Origin: a virus
IMG/VR virus record: IMGVR_UViG_3300013772_000003
Coordinates: 1-64,000 of that record
Reading direction: 5' to 3' (one strand)
Length of the DNA stretch: 64,000 nt
Position numbers and translations under genes: made by a program. Each line of letters begins with the position of its first letter. Within the stretch, counting starts at the first letter, position 1. This document shows positions 58,507-64,000 of this stretch, piece after piece. The notes under the pieces were generated by a model that searched no databases, had not been told where the DNA came from, and worked only from the letters and a program-made list of their open reading frames with translations.

Positions 58507-58860
58507 TTAAACTACGGTATCAATTCTAACAGATCCTGCTGTAACAGTATAAGGCATTCCCAAAAGGGTTTTACCTGACGCAGAGTCAAACCCATAAAAA
58601 GTAGAAGCATTGGCTGTAACGCCATTTATGGTTCCGGTAAAACCGGTAGAAGTTGTAAATCCTATGGAAGTAGCGCCGGCAGCAACTGAACCGGAAGCGG
58701 CAGTACTTATAGAGGTAACGGTTTGTGTCCCTCCTGCACCAGCTCCTGCCGCAATTATAATAAGTTGATCCTGAATAACCTTCTGCATCTGCAGCATTGA
58801 CAACTGCCACTTAAAGTTGTTGCCTTTACTGCCGTCTGTGTGATCGTGACCTACGCCCAT
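58507..58860 (-). CDS. Small structural protein, first gene of late region
   Basis: 117 aa; DGSKGNNFKWQ N-terminus, G/T/S-rich; ACTCCAC motif and TATCTTTA promoter variant upstream. Confidence 0.65.
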   Translation of the reverse strand: MGVGHDHTDGSKGNNFKWQLSMLQMQKVIQDQLIIIAAGAGAGGTQTVTSISTAASGSVAAGATSIGFTTSTGFTGTINGVTANASTFYGFDSASGKTLLGMPYTVTAGSVRIDTVV

Positions 58861-58994
58861 GATGTTGTGGAGTTAATGAGTTTGGTGTAAAGATAGTGTG
58901 GATTCAGGAAAATTTCGATACTCGCGGGCTTAGTGTAGCCAAAAACTTATTAACAATGTGTTTTTTGTAACAAAGTACTCCGTAAATTTGCCTC

Positions 58995-59125
58995 AGTTGA
59001 GGATAGCTTTTTAGAAGGGGCTGTACTCCACAACCAAAATATTAAAAATAGTCGCAGTCACACTGCACAAAATATCCCTTAACCAAAGCCCCTTCTGTTT
59101 ACTCGGTTGGGGATTTTTGTTTTTA
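58995..59125 (+). promoter_or_regulatory. Structured 5' leader / attenuator downstream of TAAATTTG promoter (58983-58990)
   Basis: AGAAGGGGCT (59013-59022) complementary to AGCCCCTTCT (59087-59096), which lies in the loop of a terminator-like stem 59067-59084/59105-59120. Confidence 0.65.
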
Positions 59126-59129
59126 GGAT

Positions 59130-59843
59130 ATGTACATAGCAATAGACACCATACAATACAGTGCAGATAGCGCAGAAGCAAAAGACCTTGCTGCCTTCCT
59201 TTGGTTTAAAAGCAAGTACTCAAATTCCTGTTACTTTAAATGGTCTTTAAAATCTATTGCAGATAAAACAAAAGTTTCTCGCACTGTAGTTCGCAAATAC
59301 ATCCAAAAATTCATCGAACTCGGCTGGTGCCGAGTGCATGGGAAAAATCTTATCTTCAAAAAAACCTCTGAATTATACCTCATTAATACAAGAAAATTAT
59401 ATGTAAAAATAAACCTTGAAGGGTCGATGCGAGACATCCTTGAGGAACTATTCCTCGCACTATTAAAAAGAAAAGCAAATCAATTTGACTTCGTTAAGCA
59501 ACTCTGGGGAGACAAAAGAAATGGTAACACTGAATCTGTTGGACACTACAAAAAAATTCAAAAATTTTGTAAAGGTCGAGAGGTAAAGCAAAGTGCAATC
59601 CAAGGATTTTCTTATTCGCTATCAAAATGCGCCAATCTTTTTAACACATCTATACCAACAACCTCAAGAATACTTCGGAGTTTATACAAAAAAGGAAAGT
59701 TTGTAACCGTAAAAAACTCCGTAGTTCTTGGAAGTATTAAAAAATCTCGCGGAATGCGAGAAGCATTAAACCACGTTCCGGGAGCCTTTGTTTCTTCCTC
59801 CGGACTTATAATAAAGAAACTATGCAATTCATATATTTTTTAA
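59130..59843 (+). CDS. HTH DNA-binding protein, possible replication initiator/regulator
   Basis: 237 aa basic; two wHTH-like segments (SLKSIADKTKVSRTVVRKYIQKFIELGW; SLSKCANLFNTSIPTTSRILRSL). Confidence 0.65.
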   Translation: MYIAIDTIQYSADSAEAKDLAAFLWFKSKYSNSCYFKWSLKSIADKTKVSRTVVRKYIQKFIELGWCRVHGKNLIFKKTSELYLINTRKLYVKINLEGSMRDILEELFLALLKRKANQFDFVKQLWGDKRNGNTESVGHYKKIQKFCKGREVKQSAIQGFSYSLSKCANLFNTSIPTTSRILRSLYKKGKFVTVKNSVVLGSIKKSRGMREALNHVPGAFVSSSGLIIKKLCNSYIF

Positions 59844-59951
59844 GCATGTTCTTTTTTGATAACATATTATGGTAACTCATAAGGTTATGTGCTTAGTTAT
59901 AATTTTTTATATATTAATAGCAGTAGTATACGCACCATACAGCACAGAGAG

Positions 59952-60587
59952 ATGAGAAGAAAGAGGACGTCCAAAGCACATAAGTCGTTTATCAAGAAGT
60001 TGTTTAGACGACAAGACCCTAAAGCCTTTGTGGGCATATACAAGATAACTTGTAGCATTACGGAAGAATTCTATATAGGAAGTTCAACGGACATCTCTAA
60101 AAGATGGAAGTGGCATCTATACGAACTTAAAAACAAAGTGCATGGTAATTATCGCTTACAAGGACTATACAACACGCACGGAGAAAAGGGATTGACTTTT
60201 GAAATCATTTGGAAGTCAAACATAAAGCCTATGGACAGGGTAAAGCTATACGAAATAGAGCAGGGGCACATTGACAGGCTCAAACCCACTATTAATATCG
60301 AACTGATTGTATCTATCGACGGCAAAAGGGCGGCTGCTAAAGCAAGACCTGCAAAAATAAAAGCTCTAAAAGGAAACGACCAGCCCCTCCCACAACATAA
60401 ACCAAAGAAAAAACAGCCCAAGAACAAAAAGTACAACCACCTCAAAAGAAAAGATAATAGTCCGACGGGTCTTGCAAAACGTATTGCAAAGGCGATTGCG
60501 ATTCTAAACGCGCCCCCACGACCGGGAGGGGTAAATCCCCACAAAAGAAAACATACCTATAACGCAGGTAATAGAAAAATGTGGTGA
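59952..60587 (+). CDS. GIY-YIG homing endonuclease
   Basis: VGIYKITC..EFYIGSS..ISKRW..H, E...I...P.IN; basic tail; start ATG 59952 likely. Confidence 0.88.
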   Translation: MRRKRTSKAHKSFIKKLFRRQDPKAFVGIYKITCSITEEFYIGSSTDISKRWKWHLYELKNKVHGNYRLQGLYNTHGEKGLTFEIIWKSNIKPMDRVKLYEIEQGHIDRLKPTINIELIVSIDGKRAAAKARPAKIKALKGNDQPLPQHKPKKKQPKNKKYNHLKRKDNSPTGLAKRIAKAIAILNAPPRPGGVNPHKRKHTYNAGNRKMW

Positions 60588-60618
60588 ACCTAATACCAGA
60601 ATAACTACCACTTGCCGG

Positions 60619-60795
60619 TTACTCCACAACATGTCCTGAAGATTCCATAACGGGAAACTCTTGCTCCTTTTCAGGATCATTAAATCTGTGGTATACCCAT
60701 ACCTTACTGGTGTAAGTTTGCTTGTTCTTCTTTGCGTGCACAACACGAAGAAATGCTGCTACTTTTTGTAGCGTTGTTTTTTGTTCGGCTTCCAT
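60619..60795 (-). CDS. Small hypothetical protein (58 aa)
   Basis: MEAEQKTTLQKVAAFLRVVHAKKNKQTYTSKVWVYHRFNDPEKEQEFPVMESSGHVVE; below ORF-track cutoff. Confidence 0.5.
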   Translation of the reverse strand: MEAEQKTTLQKVAAFLRVVHAKKNKQTYTSKVWVYHRFNDPEKEQEFPVMESSGHVVE

Positions 60796-60952
60796 ACCTT
60801 TTGTTTTTAGTGAACATTAAAGGTATCTTAAGCACAAAGAGGTTGGTGGTAAAATTCGATGAAATGGGAGTTTTTATAGCCAAATAAAGCAAATAAAAAG
60901 TAGAAATATCTACTTCCTGAAAAAAACACAGGATCAGCTTGGAAAGAGCCGG

Positions 60953-61339
60953 TTACTTGCGCAAAATTCTGTCATAAAACAACGAGAACACTACATTCCA
61001 CAAGCAACCTGATACACAGAACATAAGTACAAAACAGTACCAAGGAAGTTCTATTGTCGCAGTGTGGGCGATGTATCCTACTAAGGCAATCGTTGCACAA
61101 AGACAAACAATCATAATACTTTTGAAGCAATGCCATGCATCTGTGAAGGCTACAGGAATACTCCGTTGCGGTTTAGTAGGATCGCTGTCTACATATTTAT
61201 TCTTCCAACTAATACTTGGGTCCCAAAAAGTAGCGTTCTTATTCCAGAAAACAGAAGTAGTGTAATGATGTACCAAAGTGTCCATAACAGCATTGGATGC
61301 GGCAGCAATCATAAATAGGAGTATTGAAAGTATGATCAT
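60953..61339 (-). CDS. Membrane protein
   Basis: Three TM helices; AVMD...FWDP..SWKNKY...FTDAWH.FK motif. Confidence 0.75.
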   Translation of the reverse strand: MIILSILLFMIAAASNAVMDTLVHHYTTSVFWNKNATFWDPSISWKNKYVDSDPTKPQRSIPVAFTDAWHCFKSIMIVCLCATIALVGYIAHTATIELPWYCFVLMFCVSGCLWNVVFSLFYDRILRK

Positions 61340-61596
61340 CTTGTCCGCCCGGCTTTATCATCCTGATAATTCTGATACGTCTTGAATAGGTTTACCCAAA
61401 ACATCAGGTTAAGTATTCCGGTGAGTACCCAAAACGAAGTTAACTCCATCGCGCCGGAGTGCACCTGCACTATTCCTGTTATCTGAGAGATTATATAAAA
61501 CAGGTAAATAAATATTTCTACTACTGTGTAAGGGGCGCCTTTTCCAAGTATCCATTGGATAAACGTTTTTTTATTTGCGTTGTCGATTGGTTCCAT
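61336..61596 (-). CDS. Two-TM membrane protein
   Basis: ATG 61596 (MEPIDN) after TACCTTTG at 61601-61608; alternative start 61665. Confidence 0.65.
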   Translation of the reverse strand: MEPIDNANKKTFIQWILGKGAPYTVVEIFIYLFYIISQITGIVQVHSGAMELTSFWVLTGILNLMFWVNLFKTYQNYQDDKAGRTR

Positions 61597-62000
61597 ATTG
61601 CAAAGGTAGGAAAATATTGTACAGCAAAAAGCCGGTACTATTATTCCCGAATCAAAAAATCCCATGTTGGTTATGTGTTGGTATAAGGCAAAGATAGAAA
61701 AATTTTTTTATATAATTTTTTTTGGTACTTTAAAACCTATGTACAGGGTCGTGTTTAGCTTGTACCCCCCTACTCACCGGCACCCCAAACCAAATGGGCA
61801 CCCTACCCCCACCTCTTAAATAAACTCAATCCTATAGTATAGGGAATTATCCAAAGAGACTCCTTTTCTTGTCCAGAGAATATTCTTTATTTGAATAGCT
61901 TGTTCTCTTCTTATGATATGTTATCTACTTCAGGATATTCTTTGTTGTTCTTATCCTTGCCTCGCTCCTTGATTGTATATTAGTGATTACCCCGCGTTTA

Positions 62001-62058
62001 GGGGACATTAAGCCCCTCGATTACGCAGATTTGGTATACCAAAGGGTTTATTGTCTCC
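62001..62058 (+). other. Long hairpin with internal 14-bp palindrome at start of early region
   Basis: GGGGACATTAAGCCC (62001-62015) pairs with GGGTTTATTGTCTCC (62044-62058); TTTGGTATACCAAA at 62030-62043. Confidence 0.65.
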
Positions 62059-62106
62059 GCTCGGCACAGCAATCGCATATTGCCGTTCATTATCAATCAC
62101 TTACAA

Positions 62107-62118
62107 TCTCACCCCAAA
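62107..62118 (+). promoter_or_regulatory. TCTCACCCC(A/T)AA early-gene motif (representative)
   Basis: Also at 62508, 63335, 63867; 25-36 nt upstream of ATG. Confidence 0.8.
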
Positions 62119-62146
62119 TCATTATAAACCCTTAATCTATCTTCAC

Positions 62147-62278
62147 ATGGAAACAATCGTATCACCTGCCGCATATAATGCTGCTGTAAAAGCCTTAAAA
62201 AAGGCACAAAACAAATTGATGAAAGCTCGTGTAGAACATGAGATAGCTTTGATTAACTACACTAAACAAGTAAGCTAA
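62147..62278 (+). CDS. Small early protein (43 aa)
   Basis: ATG 62147 (METIVSP) downstream of TCTCACCCC motif. Confidence 0.6.
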   Translation: METIVSPAAYNAAVKALKKAQNKLMKARVEHEIALINYTKQVS

Positions 62279-62279
62279 C

Positions 62280-62519
62280 ATGGAAAACCTATTCGAAACA
62301 TTAGGGGAGTGCTTACGCCCCGAACTTAGCGCTGAACTACATAAACGTCAGACTAAGTGTACTATCATTCAGGATATTGACCGCGCTTGGTTGCTTGCTA
62401 AAGCTAAACACCTCAGCCCCAAACAATTCGATTACCTTTATGAACTTGACATAGATCAACTCTATGAAGTACAGAATAACATTCGCAATCTTTGTCCTCT
62501 CATTCAATCTCACCCCTAA
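62280..62519 (+). CDS. Early hypothetical protein
   Basis: 79 aa, coupled to previous gene. Confidence 0.7.
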   Translation: MENLFETLGECLRPELSAELHKRQTKCTIIQDIDRAWLLAKAKHLSPKQFDYLYELDIDQLYEVQNNIRNLCPLIQSHP

Positions 62520-62540
62520 CCCCTTAAAACCTCATCACAA

Positions 62541-62747
62541 ATGATCATATCTATTATCATGGAGGGCGCACTTAAATTAGTGCAGCTAATCCGGTACAGC
62601 AACAACCAAAGAGTTGCGAGAATCTTTAACCCAAAGGACAGCCGTGTTCCTGAAAGAGTGTTAGACCTTGATAATCAGGGGAGAGCAATCGACGATGAAA
62701 CCGGTAAAACCTATAGGTTTAATATCAGGAATTGCGCAGAAGCGTAA
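62541..62747 (+). CDS. Early hypothetical protein
   Basis: 68 aa downstream of TCTCACCCC motif. Confidence 0.7.
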   Translation: MIISIIMEGALKLVQLIRYSNNQRVARIFNPKDSRVPERVLDLDNQGRAIDDETGKTYRFNIRNCAEA

Positions 62748-62752
62748 ATCAC

Positions 62753-62831
62753 AATGATCGAGCCAGTGGAGTGGCTTAGTTGTTAGAGTACAGCGTTCCA
62801 AGCTTCGGTTTGGGCGCTGTTTCTTTTTATT
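62753..62831 (+). ncRNA. Candidate antisense sRNA 'A': hairpin with GUGGAG loop followed by cUUCGg intrinsic terminator
   Basis: AAUGAU-C-GAGCCA[GUGGAG]UGGCUU-A-GUUGUU, then ACAGCGUUCCAAGC[UUCG]GUUUGGGCGCUGU-UUCUUUUU; loop complementary to ACUCCAC upstream of structural genes. Confidence 0.65.
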
Positions 62832-62866
62832 AGGATTTGTCAGTCGTGTGTTATATCTTTGTAGGT

Positions 62867-63346
62867 ATGAAAGAAATAAAACTTACCAAAGGACTTGTCG
62901 CCCTTGTGGACGATGAGGATTACGAATGGTTAAATAAAACCAAATGGCACGCAAAGACAGACAAATTAGGATACACCTACGCCTATGGAAACTTCAATAA
63001 AAAGAGGAGAACAATGCACAGGGTAATTATGGAGCAAACAAACCCCATAAATATTGTAGATCATAGAGACACGGACGGACTAAATAACCAACGACATAAT
63101 TTAAGAGTTTGCACAAAAACCCAAAACAATTGGAACAGTGTTAAAAGAAAAGACAGTAAGAATAACCACAAAGGGATAAGAAAACACTATAATAAGTTTG
63201 TAGTAGAAGTCCGAGTTAACAGGAAACTAATCACTGTCGGGCGCTACAATACTGAATTAGAAGCTATCATCGCATACAACGAATTCATCTTAAAAGAAAG
63301 GGGTGAATTTGCAGTCCTTATCCCACTACCTCATTCTCACCCCTAA
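62867..63346 (+). CDS. HNH homing endonuclease with AP2-like domain
   Basis: Start ATG 62867 after TATCTTTG (62854-62861); IKLTKGLVALVDDEDY, IVDHRDTDGLNNQRHNLR, AIIAYN...GEFA. Confidence 0.9.
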   Translation: MKEIKLTKGLVALVDDEDYEWLNKTKWHAKTDKLGYTYAYGNFNKKRRTMHRVIMEQTNPINIVDHRDTDGLNNQRHNLRVCTKTQNNWNSVKRKDSKNNHKGIRKHYNKFVVEVRVNRKLITVGRYNTELEAIIAYNEFILKERGEFAVLIPLPHSHP

Positions 63347-63367
63347 CCACACTAAAATTCATCACAC

Positions 63368-63526
63368 ATGAAAACAAAAACATTATCACGTATTGGGTTA
63401 GCAGGAGTATTCCTGTCTATACTTATCATAGGAGTCGGGGCACTTATCCTGAACTCAGAGCTTTGCGCAGATGCAGGAGTATGTTTACTTCTTATGTCCG
63501 CAGCAATCAAAGCGTACACAGACTAA
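63368..63526 (+). CDS. Small two-TM early membrane protein (52 aa)
   Basis: MKTKTLSRIGLAGVFLSILIIGVGALILNSELCADAGVCLLLMSAAIKAYTD; below ORF-track cutoff; follows TCTCACCCC motif. Confidence 0.7.
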   Translation: MKTKTLSRIGLAGVFLSILIIGVGALILNSELCADAGVCLLLMSAAIKAYTD

Positions 63527-63542
63527 TCACATTCCATTTGTG

Positions 63543-63790
63543 ATGGAAGTAATGCCCCCACACCTACCAGCACAGGATGTATCCTCGACGACTAAGCTGA
63601 ATGCTATCGAGGGATTGGGGGTAATTACATTAGAACTTCCGACCTCGCCCCTTAACCTTATTGAGAGTAATCTCCATCAGGATAACAGTATTACCCTTGA
63701 TGTCGAACTCCCTCTTCCCTCGGTACGCTTTCCAATACGGTATATCATAGCGCATACAAGAGTTGAAGAGGGTTGTGTCGGCATTGAGTT
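63543..63790 (+). ncRNA. Structured ncRNA candidate (two multi-stem domains)
   Basis: Stems GCCCCCA/TGGGGGT, ATCCTCGA/TCGAGGGAT, CTTGATGTCGA/TCGGCATTGAG, CCCTCTTC/GAAGAGGG; G-U wobbles favour + strand. Confidence 0.55.
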
Positions 63791-63910
63791 GCACAACACC
63801 ATTAATAGTTACCAAATACATCATGTTGCAAATATACACATAATAGATTTGCAATCCAACACCTTTTCTCACCCCAAATTATCATTTAAACCCCTTAAAA
63901 ACCCAAAACC

Positions 63911-64000
63911 ATGAACATCACAATCCATCCAACAGCCCCAAAATACACAAGTAAAGCGGGTAATGAAGTATTCCGTTACATAGTAAAGGGATCTCTTGAG
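63911..64000 (+). CDS. Early gene, 5' part (runs off window)
   Basis: MNITIHPTAPKYTSKAGNEVFRYIVKGSLE..., downstream of TCTCACCCC motif. Confidence 0.65.
   Translation, partial: MNITIHPTAPKYTSKAGNEVFRYIVKGSLE

Noticed and set aside
170-58810. Many short plus-strand ORFs inside the late region
   Set aside because: Antisense to long, well-supported minus-strand genes; no recognisable motifs.
60618-60632. ACTCCACAACATG on + (GTGGAGT on -)
   Set aside because: On + the ATG is followed by a stop after one codon; on - it is the Val-Glu-stop of a 58-aa ORF with only a 3-bp stem. Not counted as a target or sRNA.
63572-63580. ACAGGATGT matching the CsrA-binding consensus; GGAG loop of sRNA-A also CsrA-like
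   Set aside because: Single copies rather than the multiple GGA loops of CsrB-type sponges, and CsrA is not typical of Bacteroidota; target complementarity explains the sRNA-A loop better.
61700-63900. tRNA genes in intergenic regions
   Set aside because: No cloverleaf with T-loop GTTCRA recognised by eye.
63471-63914. 147-aa plus-strand ORF
   Set aside because: Overlaps the better-supported 52-aa gene, reads through the early motif into the next start, and coincides with strong RNA structure.
1-64000. Stop-codon reassignment (TAG=Gln or TGA=Trp) as in some crAss-like phages
   Set aside because: TerL, portal, MCP, muzzle and cargo genes are full length under code 11, and TAG/TGA act as stops at tight gene junctions.

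Overview
64 kb of a crAss-like (Crassvirales-related) phage genome infecting a Bacteroidota host, read with the standard genetic code. Positions 1-58.9 kb are an almost continuous minus-strand late region. In transcription order it holds two tail-fibre cassettes, a lysis module (GH25 endolysin), IHF-like/Zn-finger/PD-(D/E)XK genes, TerL, portal, scaffold-like protein, major capsid protein, head/ring proteins, a block of very Cys-rich structural proteins, the muzzle protein and large virion cargo proteins. A plus-strand early region of small genes starts at about 62 kb. Five free-standing mobile nucleases sit in or across gene junctions: an IS605-type TnpB element, a LAGLIDADG, a GIY-YIG and two HNH-AP2. 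The most striking unexplained signal is a candidate seed-based antisense RNA circuit. Two ~80-nt 'hairpin + intrinsic terminator' elements (62753-62831 on +, 25756-25835 on -) display the loops GUGGAG(U) and CUGUUGGUUU. These are the reverse complements of two heptamers, ACUCCAC and AACCAAC, found just upstream of the start codons of about 8 and about 11 late genes respectively. A third motif (TCTCACCCCWAA) precedes early genes. Other highlights are a histidine-phosphatase domain inside a cargo protein, a repeated x-x-GG motif in cargo proteins and a structured ncRNA candidate at 63.5-63.8 kb. Protein calls rest on motif recognition and synteny only; no database searches were run.
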